A stretch of 60,465 nt of DNA, the filler included, from Rhabdomonas costata (lineage: Eukaryota), in NCBI GenBank assembly GCA_019059605.1. It is 16 parts of 16 records of this genome, joined end to end, with 100 filler letters (N's around TTAATTAATTAA, not from the genome) between each part and the next. Parts side by side here need not be neighbours in the genome. Positions count along the whole stretch, not along the records: positions 37,894 to 41,578 come from JAHMHO010000610.1; positions 41,679 to 45,357 come from JAHMHO010000611.1; positions 45,458 to 49,137 come from JAHMHO010000612.1; positions 49,238 to 52,908 come from JAHMHO010000613.1; 12 more parts are not named here. One strand, written 5' to 3'. Both the position numbers and the translations under genes were made by a program. Below, piece after piece: positions 38,121 to 50,260 of the stretch. The notes beneath the pieces were generated by a model that saw nothing but the letters and a program-made list of their open reading frames with translations, was not told where the DNA came from and did no database searches. The first letter of the stretch is position 1. Each line of letters starts with the position of its first letter.

Positions 38121-38647
38121 CGACCAGCTATCGAGCTCAATCATCTCACACAGACCTGTGGAGAAATATAGGCTTCCGGGGCACAGGCTGCAATCCACGT
38201 TGACATTATTAGGTTAAAGAGGTAGACAAAAAGCCAGTATTGCCCCTCCCCCTGAAGGAGCAAGATTTGGTGGCTGCTTATCCAAAATGGTCCGAAACTA
38301 TTGGACGTGAATAGAAGCTGCCCTATGTCCTCGGCGCTGGGGCCTCAGCCAGGCAACGGCCTCCCCCTGTGAGCGCACTTGTAGGAAGGGTGGGGGGTGA
38401 GTTTCGCTCTGCGCAAAACACCCTGGAGAAACTCGAATAAAAGCCTTCGAATTGTGAGACCTGAACGTTCAGCACAGAAAATTTGTCGTCCATGGTCCAT
38501 GAAACACTGTACCTAAAACATCATCCAGTGGTACAGTTTTCCCAATTCCCCAACGAAAGGACAAAAACGCTTCCCCCGCAAGTGGGATGAAGTGGTGCTT
38601 TTCCACGAAAGAGCGCCCGTCCTGCACATCGACAAAGGCGGCAGAAC

Positions 38648-41549
38648 CTTCACAGGATCCCCAAGAAGCCCCAGCAGCTCACCAGTGCGGCAGTCTCCCC
38701 GCAGGGCGCCAAGGCCAAAGTTCTCCTCGGACTCACTTTCCTCGGAGGCCACTTCCTCCTGAGACACACGTGTCGGGAAATTGAACGGAAGAAGACGGAG
38801 AGATGCAGCAAAGTAGAGCACAGGAAAGAGGAGATCATCTTTGGTGTTCGAAGAAAAAACCGAAGATATCATGTTTCCGATGTACGCAGTTTCACTGACC
38901 ATGGCAAAAACCGGCAAGGGAAGCCTTCTTGTGTCACACCTCCACAAATCGGTGTGCCTTGCGGAAAAGATCAGCAATGAAGAAACACTGAACTGTTTCG
39001 AGGGCAGAGCAAGGGCAGTTCTGGAGTTTTTAGTATACACAGCAGGCCACACCAAACGCAACGTGGCCAGCCGTTGGGTCAGAGGTGCCGCCAAAAAACA
39101 CTCCATTAGTTACAAGCACAACATTGAATACATACATGCATTCCCATAAACAGCACGCCCACCCAGAACCTGTGCAGCACGCACAAACACAAACACCAGC
39201 CTTTGCAGCGTCTGCTGAGCTTCCTCCTCGGACAGCGCGCAGACCGAGGCCAAGCACAGCACCTGGTCTCCCACAAACTGCCTCCACGAAGAGGAAGAGC
39301 TTCCAGCCCCATCCTCCAATGGCTGCAGCGCGTGCAGGGCCCACGCAACGGCCGGTGGCTCGGGCCCACCACACAGACCGGCATGTCGGAGCAGAGCCAT
39401 GCTGGCAGGGCAAAGGCACCGCTTCCCCAGCAATTCCGAGGGCCTAATCTCCAGGCGCACCTGCAGCAAATCGGAGAGAAATGGAAGTACTCACAAAAGC
39501 CAGATGAGTACCCAGCCATAAAAAGAAGATCCCGGAGATTCACACTCAAAAAAGACCTGTTCCATAGTATCAGCAAACGGAGAGGAGCAAGAGAATGTGC
39601 GGATTTCCAGAAGAAGAGAGAACCTCTCTTACCCTCAGAAGTTTCTCCAGATAAGGTGTAAAGAGAGCTCACATGCACGCATATGGATGAGAAAGCATAA
39701 AACAATACTAAAATTGTCGCAAAACACAGCAGCACTCTGCAGACACTCTGAACTATCGCATATCTCACTGCAGAAAAAATGGACAAAAAAGCCAATTTGT
39801 AACCCCACCAAAAAAACAATGATGTGAGGCTGAGTCAAAAGTTGACAGACGACCGGAAATGGGTCAGAAGGCTGGGTGTTTTTCATTGAGATCAAGAGAC
39901 CTTCCTGTTGGGGTCATCACGTTTTGCAGCAAAGCAAACCTCCCAACAAAAACAAGGACGAAGTCTTCCTTCGGGTAAAAATGCGTCCAGTACCGAACGC
40001 AATAGAAATTGCACCAGACCTAACTTAACGTTGTTGAACATTCTCGCAGGATGGCCTCTTCGCGTTTCAAACATGGGCAAGAACGTCTGTCCCAGTTTCG
40101 CAGTGCGGGTAAAGGAAAATTTAGCCAAGTGCTATGTCACGAGCATTATTTCCAGATACTGAGGCGCTGAGACCCTCCACGGGTAAGGCTTTGGTTGTCA
40201 CAGGACAGACGAATCCGCTTTGACGAAAGGTAACTTTTGCAGGGGAGCCGACTTGCGGTCGGTTTGGTGAGGTGGGCCCGCGCGAACTATCGTGGACGCT
40301 CCCATCATCGATCCAATGACGTCAACCTTCTACTCAGCACTCTGAAGTCGAACATAGGCGGATCCCGTCCTATTCCGCCCATACCAAACCAAAAAGTGGT
40401 GAGGGCATGGTAGCTGCAACTTAGAGCGATCGGAAAAATAAACTTGGGTCAGAATGCTGGATATTTTCATTGCGATCAAAAGACCTTCCTGTTGGAGTCA
40501 TCATGATTACAGCTCAAAAAAAAGAACCATTCTTCGTTCGTGGTGGGAATATTACCACTGCATTCAACACCGAACGCAAAATCAGAGCATCGGTACTAAA
40601 GGTTGTTATACGTTCTCGGTGAATCCCACCCGCACATACTCGCATGGTGGTGGCCCTTTATTGAAGGGGCCCAGTTCCCCCCTTAGTGAACGATTTGAGC
40701 AGGAAAAGAGGAAACAGAGCCGAGCGCTATGTCAAGAGAATTGTTGCCTCACGGACGGATACCAAGAGGTACCGAGACCCTCCACCAGTAGGGCTGCGGT
40801 TGCGGGAGTGCGACAAGTTAAACCAAAAGGAAAATGAGAAAATAAAGCCTTGCATGTTTGCGACCGAAGGGCAGGAAGGTCCAGCGCAAGGCCGGGTGAT
40901 GGGTGGGAGGCACCTCATCGACAGGATTCGGGTCCATCACAAAGCCGTATCGCAAAAGAAGGAACCGGTTGGTCTTCAGGCCGTAGTTCAGGCACACCTG
41001 ACAGTTTCCGTGACCCATAGCGACGGATGACTAAGGACATCAAAGGACGTAGTGTTCCTGAGTACCTGCGCCCTGGATTTTCACTGATGATCCATGAAAT
41101 CTAGTCCTGAGAATTCCTTCTGAGAATTACTTCGGGGTCGATCAGCGTCGAAAGCTCGCGAACTTCTCTCCTTCTTTTCTAACCAATAACCCAATTTCGT
41201 GAAAAGCAGCTCTACGGCAGTTACGCTATTCCACCCACCCACCCATACAAAACGGGAACAAAATGGGCTCTATTAAAAATGAACCGCACCGTCCGTCGTG
41301 ACATACTTCTTGCCCTTTCGCTTTCGTTTCGCGTGCACACTTGAGTATTGTAAAGATCATGTGTTTGAGTTGCGAAGATCTGCACAACAGCAGCAGGAGG
41401 ACACCGGCCAAAACAAGGCACACCGGCTCGCCAGCCGCGTAGTTCCGGTCCGCAACCAGTCTCAAGGAACCATCGGCCTGCCACTCGGGCACCAGCGTGG
41501 AGGCCCCGGAGTGGTTCGCCAAGTCCAGCGCTGGACACAGCACGTGGAA
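38648..41549 (-). CDS. SET-domain methyltransferase, Rubisco-LSMT/SETD3-like, partial
   Basis: Exons 41549-41424 (PALDLANH..LVADRNYAAGEP), 40997-40914 (VCLNYG..NRFLLLRYGFV..NPVDE), 39460-39197 and 38758-38648, all phase 0. Confidence 0.88.
39860..40503. repeat. ~60-nt diverged direct repeat in a SET-gene intron (39860-39919 and 40445-40503)
   Basis: tgggtcagaa.gctgg.t.ttttcattg.gatcaa.agaccttcctgttgg.gtcatca occurs twice. Confidence 0.8.
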
Positions 41550-41758
41550 CTGTCCCCCACACCCCCAAACACACCCACNNNNNNNNNNNNNNNNNNNNNN
41601 NNNNNNNNNNNNNNNNNNNNNNTTAATTAATTAANNNNNNNNNNNNNNNNNNNNNNNNNNNNNNNNNNNNNNNNNNNNCTACTACAATGAGCTCCCCAAA
41701 GACAAATCAAGCATAGATGGCGCATTGCTTGCTGGAGAATGGTGCTTGGAAAGACCAC

Positions 41759-43888
41759 CTCCAGGTGCACCGGGGGACTGGAGGAAGAGCTCGTCGCTGG
41801 CGCTGAAGCTGCGCTCCTCAATCTGTTGAACCGCGAAACGAAAAGATGGAGTGAAGAATGAAAGCAGAGAAAGGAGAAGACGCGAACTTAAGCATTCACC
41901 TGTTCAGGAGCGGGGGTGGCGGAACCAAGTCCTTTAACAAAGTTGGCTCGGTAGTTACAGGAAAGCCATTGTCCGCAAGCTCCTCCAAAAGCTGAAAAAA
42001 CAAGCAAGTAAGCAAATGAGTAACTCAGCAGCTCACAAAATCCACGCCCAAAATTATGGGTTGGTAGTGTGGCCGAGAGTGAGTCTGTGCGCTCCTCTTC
42101 AAAGGTCACCTCAATTCCGTTTTCCCTTTTTCCAAGAGCGGATGAATGCAGAGGGCAAACCTCATAACATGTTACAAAATTATCCTTCAGCACATCTTCG
42201 CTTAGGCTCCCGAAATAGTCTAAAAACAACGAGGCAATGCGCTCAAGCAATTCCAATGTCATCAAAGGTGGAACTTCTCCTGCAGAACGGAAAGCAAAAA
42301 TAAGACAATAAGCAATGAACCAAACTTCCAGGCAAACGCAGCAACCGAAAAAAAAAAAGAAGCAACACCAACCGTCAAGCACGGCCAGGAAAAAGAGGTT
42401 GCTTCGCTGAATGTGAACTAAATAGTATCTCGCCGTCGCAATGATTGGCAAGACGTCGCGAAACGTTGCAGCTGAAAATATCAAAGAGGGCAACAATGCC
42501 GAAGTGTGGAAGACCGGTAGAATATGGACGACCAACAAAAAGACAAAGACAGGAGGCCCCAGTCGACTCGTTTCTCCGACGGTTGCAGTCAAGCCCCACT
42601 CGGAGAGGTAATTAAAAGCTCTTTCTGGGGCCACGACACTAGTTCTGCCCTCTCCGAATGGCAGGCACTTTTCCTTGGTTCCGGTGTGTCGTTTGGATAT
42701 GGGAACCTCTCTCGGCAGTGGAGTTGGCACGGCATTGGTGAGTTTGGTTTTTGGACGACGGTCATTCACTTGGTACACCACAAAAGTTGGCCAGACACTC
42801 GACACTGGAACGACTGGGAATTTGGGCTAATACGTTTTTTATCCAGTTCACTTTCCTTTGCGTTCGAAGCGGCGCCCGTGTCCCTTCGGACTGCATGACG
42901 CAGCTCCAACTTGGGGACTCCTCTGCTTTTCTGCGCGATATTCTCCAATCAGAAGTTGCGCGGAGGCCGCCGCCCCGCTTGCACGCCTTTGGCCAGTTGT
43001 CAAGCATTATGTCACATCAGATGGCGGAGTGCTGGCAGAGCCAGAAGGCATGGAGCTACGCTGCGGATCATGTCCCCCCAGCGGTTCGACCGCGACGCCT
43101 CCAACCGGTTGGCTACCTTGCGCCTCCTGCAGTCGGGCCCATACGCCGGATGGCTCACCTTCAGGTGAAGGTGGCTCCGATCCGTTCTGCCTTTCAAATT
43201 CCCTTCCCAGCCCACACCGCCTGCGGCGGCTGCTCTGCGATAATGGACACCATCGGCCATCACGCCCTTTGCTGCTCCTGCTGTGGGCTCTACTCCCGCC
43301 ACAACCGTGTGTGATGATCTCTCCGACGAGTTCAAGTAGGCAGGGTTCCAGGTCAGCACCGAGGAGCCCTTGCCTTGGGTTCGCTGCTGTGGGCTCTCGG
43401 TCCCCTTGTCTTTCTTCAATCTTTGACAGTCCACTTCTCATCTTTTCTGCACTGTGCATAGAGTCTCTTCCTTCCTGCTACTTTCGGTTGTTTTTGTGCC
43501 CCTCTGTTTTCTTTTTGCGTGGTGAACACTGCACAGTGAGCATTTGCTGCTTTTGAAACCTCTCAGAGTGCCTGGGATGCCACTGTTGGTGTCTTCCCCT
43601 CTTTTCACGAGCTCGCTTCATGGAACAAGCGGACCTGGAGCCAGCTGGCCGAACGCTCTCAAAAGTACGCCGCCGCTGAATACAATATAAAATGATATAA
43701 ATTTGAATATATTTTTTCATTTATTGAAAAAACATTTGAAAATTAGAAAAAATAAAGGACAACAAAACACCTTTCACAACATAATTTGTCCAGAAGTCTT
43801 CACCAACGCTTCTGGGTATTGTACCTTGCCAGTGTTTCTCCATAATTATCTCACCGGTATTGCTCATCACAAAAAGTGTGTGAATCAT
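41759..43888 (-). CDS. AP3M: AP-3 adaptor complex mu subunit, N-terminal part
   Basis: Exons 43888-43771 (MIHTLF..GEIIMEKHW), 42471-42373, 42279-42161 (EVPPL..DYFG..KDNFV..YE), 41991-41900 (LLEELADNGFPVTTE), 41822-41759. Phases are consistent. Confidence 0.92.
43000..43380 (+). mobile_element. Decayed CRE-like non-LTR retrotransposon fragment in AP-3 mu intron 1
   Basis: RLATLRLLQSGPYAGWL / CGGCSAIMDTIGHHALCC..LYSRHNRV / DDLSDEFK*AGFQVSTEEP: CCHC knuckle + RHN motif preceding an RLE domain. Confidence 0.7.
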
Positions 43889-44653
43889 TTCCGACGAAAA
43901 CCGAAAACGACCCAGGTGTAAGAGTTTTGGTACTACGTCTGTAATTTGCAAACGATGGAGGCCCAAGGTTTTGGTTTCTGGGTTGGGTTGCCATGAATGA
44001 ATAACTTCTCTAAAAGTTTGGGTCTAACATTTTTCAAATTTTGTGCATTGCCTTACAAAAATAATACTTGCTCATAAAGACAACAGTCACATCTCCATTT
44101 TTCACTCAAGAGGAAACTTCGGAACATGCCTGTTGCCACGTTGCTATGTTACATTGTTTCTAGCACGAAGTCTTGGATTCATCATTGCTCAGTTTTTTAG
44201 AAATGATAACCGAATGCTCGATTGTCCAACGCCATTTGTGCTAATGCCTATCATTGAAATTTTCAATCCCAGCAATATGTATCAATAAAAATGGCATCGT
44301 GAATGCTCTGTGCTCGAAAAGCGATGTGGAAGCACCCGTCAGCACACCGACAACGACCACCTCAACAGCAGCACGTTTTTCTTCGGACCCGTAGCGACAC
44401 ACCTCCCCTTCAAAGGGAAGGAACCGAAACCACTAAAAGATATTTGAAAGGTTTTCTTTTCCCTTTAATAATCACTTGGGTGGGGCAACAGGTTGCAAAG
44501 CTGCCAGGCGGTGGTGAGAAAGGGGGAGGATGTTTTTTCACTGTTCTTCACCTTGCCATAAACTAACGCTAAGGCGGTGGTAAGGATGCGAAACAGCATG
44601 AACCGCTCCGGGATTCGTGTCTTCGCACGCCTTTCTTTTCAGGAGAGACGCCG

Positions 44654-45300
44654 ATGCCCAGCCAGGCTGAAAGCAGCGCCCCCGTCCCTGCGGTGAGTGA
44701 GAGGTACCACTTCACCAGACTCAGCAACGGGAAGAAGTCTTACGTCATCAAGGGGAACAACTTTGAAGTCCCTGAGTGCTATGTTGTGACAGCTCGCCTC
44801 GGCCAAGGTTTTTCTCTCGCCTCATGTTCCGAACCCAGCTGCTGACTGACGGCTGTCCTCTCCCTATGCCCTTTGTTCTTTCCGTGGACCTGGTGCACGT
44901 TCGACACTTCGCATGTTCCAAGTTCCAAATGTTCCATCTGCCACTTCTCTTTGAGCTCGGAGTGTGTGTTTGCGGTTTGCTTTGCTTAGGATCCTATGGA
45001 ATGGTCGTGCAGGCCATCGATACGCGCAGCGGGGTGCGTACTGTCTTTTTCCTTGCAAGTGAAGAATGACAAACCATGTCATCATTTTCATACTTTTCGG
45101 ATGGCATTTCTTTCGCAAATGCTAACAGCTATATACACGGCTCACTTTTGTGTGTCTTTAGGACAAAGTGGCCATCAAGAAATGCGCCTCGGTGTTCAAG
45201 TACCCCGAGGATGGCAAGAGGATTCTGCGAGAGATCAAGCTGATGCAAATTATGAACCATCGCAACGTCCTCAGTGTCGTGGACGTGCTTTCCCCCAATG
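44654..45300 (+). CDS. Mitogen-activated protein kinase, N-lobe (partial)
   Basis: Exons 44654-44807, 44990-45033 and 45162-45300 give LGQGSYGMV..VAIKK..VF..DGKRILREIKLM..HRNV. Confidence 0.92.
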
Positions 45301-45457
45301 GTGCTGCGCCAAAAATCCATGTTTCATTAATGGTTCCATGGCCGACTGCAGGCCGCTNNNNNNNNNNNNNNNNNNNNNNNNNNNNNNNNNNNNNNNNNNN
45401 NTTAATTAATTAANNNNNNNNNNNNNNNNNNNNNNNNNNNNNNNNNNNNNNNNNNNN

Positions 45458-46160
45458 GTGGGGGGGGTCCATAAGTGCGCCTAAGTAGCTCTCGCCCTAC
45501 AATAAACATGGGCTGCAAGTCAAGGCAGTAGGCTATGTAACTCACCAATGGCATCAGGGCAAACACACGGCCAAAGCGGAGCCAAGTACACTCGCAGCCC
45601 GCCACACCCTCCTTCAGGAGGCTGCAGCTGGCCTCGGGCAGGCTCATAAGATACAATAATTGGTGCAGACCCAGTCCGTCCAGTTTCCGTGGATCCCACT
45701 CTCTGGAGGAGGAGCTCCCCAGGTGTTCACCACCAAGCAGATCGGCATCCAGCACGGGGCCGAGGCTAAAAACAACGAAAGCCCGAGTGTCGTGAAATAG
45801 CCCATTCCGCCCCCGTCGTACACTACAAACCCAGCGTCAGTCCCCCAGTTCCACACCGCACAACGGCGCTCCACAGCATGCAGGGGAGCAGCTCCCACAG
45901 GGTGGCCTCTCGCGGGAAGGTGCTGGGCACGAGAGTGCTGATGCGCGAAGCACGACCACAGCGCATATCCGACGTGAATAGGTATCTCAAGCGGGGCCCG
46001 AAGCCAAAGATGCTGGCGGCGAAGCGATCCCCAGATTCCTGTAGGCAGAGAGGATTCCGGCTCCGACGAAGACACCGCTTCTTCAGGCAAAAGACCTTCA
46101 GGATAACTGGGTGATCCCCTCCCTGCCCTGAAACGCCCAACTCAGAAGACACGACGACGT
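45458..46160 (-). mobile_element. Possible highly decayed CRE-like RT relic
   Basis: Ordered weak remnants ELGVSGQGG, VILKVF, RGHPVGAAPL, VYDGGG, GLRVYLAPL. Confidence 0.25.
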
Positions 46161-47672
46161 CAGAAGCGGACATAATACAAATATGAGAACAACAGAAATA
46201 AAAACCGATGCTGAAAAGGCGGCAAGGATGAGTATGCAGGCCCGCAGGGCTCCAAAAGCAGCACCGCAGGTAAGTCCCAAATGGACCCTGCAAAATGGTT
46301 CTTTCCCTTATCATAGGTGTGTGGCAGCATCCTCGACACCCCGGACAAGACGACAAAACTAAGAGAATAGTGCTGAACGACTTACGCTGGCTGCGCAGAA
46401 CTTCCGCAAGTGGCCGCAAGTTTGCACAACAATCGGTTTGAGAATTGCGAATCTCAAAATTCCTTTTAACTCCGTGAGAATCCGTCTGTGTCTCAGTTCA
46501 TGGGCGAGGGTCAAATCGCAATCCGATCGCACCCCAATCGGCAATCACATGTGTCCAATCACTGAGAAAGTTGAACCAGCTGAAAAGTTCCGAGTTCCCA
46601 ATCAGTGGCGATTTGACAGTCGCCCAACATTGAATACCATCAAAATCCTGACAACTGACATCTGACATAACAGGGACCAAAACACCTGCGATCTTGGACC
46701 GCCAGTTGTTTTCCGCGGCACGTGACATCCTGTATCCTTACCATATCGCAACAGAACTTCACACATTTAAATTTGGACTAAATATTAAGTATCAGATACA
46801 CCATGACTCCCGATCTTGCAGGGGGGACCCAAGGTGCGGGGCACTTGGGTATCGGTTATCAATTCAACAAACTGCAGCACGTTACGCCGTAAACTCAATA
46901 CACGTGTTTTTAGTCTCAGTAACAGGAAAACGTTTAAAAGTATCATATGCATACGTGCCAGCCCAGCGGCACTTATTATGTTCCCCGGACTTCAATTGGA
47001 AACTAATCACATTCTAAATTCTGAGTTTCGGGATGTGAAAATACAATACCTAAGAAATCGCGCCGCGGAGCGTAGCGTAGCAGTAGAATTATCCGCTTTG
47101 ATCATTGAAATCCAGCTCTGCCCTATAAGCAGGCTTCTATTAAATTCCCAGGACCTTCGGGGGGCGTTCAGTACCTCCTCGGCCACCCAAGCTCGGCCAC
47201 TGTAAACTGGAAGGAAGCGGGGGTGAATTTACGGCTTTTTGAAGGCAGCAAAATCGTGACCAGGGTGGCATGCCCTGAGGAACCATTGCTGACTAAAACG
47301 GCGAGAATGCACCTTAGCATTATATACGTAGTAGCATAATCGGATTTCCTGTCTTCAAACATCTTGGAGACAACTTCACACCTCACCAACAACTGTTTCC
47401 TTGGACCCATGCAAGCAAAATCAGTCTACATCTCACAGAAATCGTGCATAAAAAAGCTCATACGGCAAAGCCCATGGGTCAGGCAAATATGTTTGGGGTG
47501 GAAAAGAAGCCCAGCAACAAATTATGAATGTATCAATGACAAAAGACAGAATTTAAGCACACAACCTCGAAACGCGAAGCTCAATGAAAGCCTAATGAGG
47601 GCAGATGAAGCAGGCCCTCAATGCCCCCAACGGGGACCAACACAACCCTCCAACCAAGAGAGCACACAAAAA

Positions 47673-49137
47673 CTAGCTCCCGGCCTCAAGAGAGGCCTTA
47701 AACTTCTCTATCTGGGCCACAAAGTACGCCGAGGCCGGGAGGATCTCCAGGGGCTTCCCCGAGGCATCCACGCACTGCCGGGTCAGAGGGGAGGAGCGCC
47801 GGCCGTCAAAGGCGAGCCATCGCCCCAGCCACTCCCGCTCGTAGTGGTGGCCGCCAAAGGAGACGGGATCGCTGAACAGCTCCCCAGACAAGGGGCACGT
47901 GAAATCCTCTGCCGTGAACACCGGACCCGGGGAGGGAGCCTCGGCCTGGCTGAGGGCGGTCCCAAGGTCCTCCCACTCGGCGGTGCTTCGAACCTTTGCA
48001 CCGCAAAAAAACGTTCGAAGGGGGGGGGGCGCCTGTTACGTTGCCAAAGGCGCTGGTGCTCCACCATCCATGGAACACAGACCGCCAGAGTCTGGGGATT
48101 CACGCGGGCCCTTAAAGCAGGTTAATACACAAGTTCAAGCTTGAAAATTGGCCACCAAGCTGAATCCTGGATAAGCCTTTTCTCCACCAAAAGGAAGGCC
48201 CGGTCGGCCACGATACGAGATCCATGCATTTACTGAGGACGAGAAACATGATGGGCAAATGTAAGCCTGAAAGTTAGGGGGAGTAAATATGCTACAATTT
48301 TCGGCGGGGACTTGACAAAACCAAAAAAGATAAGAGAGAAAAACGGTTTTCGATCACGCAAATGTAACCTTGTCAGGGAAAGTTGTGCCAACGCCCGTCA
48401 CTAACTCAACGTGCTCAAATCGGGTCATGAGCAAGGGAACCAGCGCGTCAATGGTGACCTCAATCTCCGGGGCAAGCACTCCAGAGAAATCCAATGGGGA
48501 GGCCGCGGGGGTCATCCTTCGCACTGTCTTCGCTTGTTCTTCACCGGGCATTTTCAGGAATCCTTCGATCTTACAGCACTGGTAGCACAGCTGAATGACG
48601 GAGGGGGGCAGCGACATCTTTCGAAGGAATCCCTCCAATGGGGCCACCTGGGTTGAGTCCCGTAGGTAAAACAGTGGGTGCACCTCAGCGCGAGCGGTCA
48701 GAAACTCGACGAGCTGGGCCTTCGCCTCATCTGTAGGAACCACGGGAAGCGGGGAAGTGGACGCAAACCCTGTGGCTGCCAGCCATTCTGCCCATGACTC
48801 TCGAATCCACTGTATCAACGCTGGGCGGACGTACGTGCCATCCCCAAAGAGAGACGCAGGGTGGGCGGCGCCCGACTTCACGATCAGTCGGTGACCAAGC
48901 TGCCAGTACTTCTCCAGGAACTCGGACACGGCAGAGTTGACCCTCTCCTGCAGCAGCATGGCGTTTGTCACCGCGACTCGGCTCCCATCGCTGAAATGCA
49001 GGGTCCGGACGACCTCTTCGCCCCACTCTAGCCAAGTCTGCTCCCTCTCCATTCGAACCACGATCAACTCAGCGAAGTTTGGGGTGGGAATGGGATGCTT
49101 CGAAGTGACCCGAACCATGCGGCGAGGACCAAACCCC
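47673..49137 (-). CDS. U-box domain protein (E3 ligase-like), C-terminal part
   Basis: Exon 49137-48369 splices (aag|gt..aag|) to 47993-47673, which contains EDFTCPLSGELFSDPV..GHHYER..W..SPLTR and a stop. Confidence 0.85.
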
Positions 49138-50260
49138 NNNNNNNNNNNNNNNNNNNNNNNNNNNNNNNNNNNNNNNNNNNNTTAATTAATTAANNNNNNN
49201 NNNNNNNNNNNNNNNNNNNNNNNNNNNNNNNNNNNNNGTGGTTTGTGGTGCTGTGCTTGCACACAATGTGTCCGTTTTGCTCGGCGTGCTTTTACGTTTT
49301 GTTGCGCTACGTGGACACATATCGATTCTGTTTCTTTTCTGGTTGCACTTTCCTGCCGACCTGCTACTTTGTGCATGTATGACCTTTTTCCGTCTATATA
49401 GTTGTGCATGTCGCCTCTTCCACGTTGCCCAGTGCGGTGAGGGCACAAGAATGCTTGCCTGAGCCTTCTTGAACACTCCTGGGAAAGAGTTTTGAAGATG
49501 CACATACGCCCGTGTTTTCACTGGAAAAAGAGAATTTCTTTGTTGTGGTTCCCTTTTCAGACAGCATAGGTTTGCCATTTGCCTTCCTTCCTTAGTTCTG
49601 TTTAGTGTTGTGCACTGTGTGGTGGCACGTGTGGTGCGGGGATGGGGGAAGGAACCCTTCTGCACGCGCACCCACCCACACATACAAACACACGATGATG
49701 TCCGCTTCACAGGACGAGCCGCAACCATCATTGCTCCGATCAAGACCAATTACTCGCACGTCCCATTGCGCATTCATCTGCGCCTCACCTTTCCTCTTAG
49801 TGCCTCCGGTTCTCGTGACCACCGCATTCCCCTCAGCCTTCACTCACTCTGCTTTCTATTACGGCTCCCTTTTCCGTGTCTGATCCACTGTGTTCTCCTG
49901 TCTATAACATTCCCTAACAGTGCGGGGCAGTGGTTTGCTGCAGGCCTGTGGAACACTCTGCCCCTTGTTGGCGCATGGTGCATCAGACTCAGGCACCATG
50001 CATATCTTTTTCCAAGTATTGTGTTCCACCAACCCTACACTGAACCATTCACAATCGCTCACTCGATTCTCGAAATTTCAGGATGGAGGTTTTTGTTGCG
50101 AAGCTTCCGAGGTGTCGGATTTTTCCAAACCATAGATTTTATCGGCTCCGAAGAAGGCTTTTGGTGGAATCTTGAGCGCAGTGAGGGGGCCCCCACTCCA
50201 CTTCATTCTCCAGTTTCTCACATCACACACACGCCCGCGTTCTCCCTTTTCCCTTTGCTA

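Noticed and set aside
41888-42805. 305-aa ORF as a single-exon gene
   Set aside because: It reads through AP-3 mu introns; the true exons are defined by homology and GT-AG borders.
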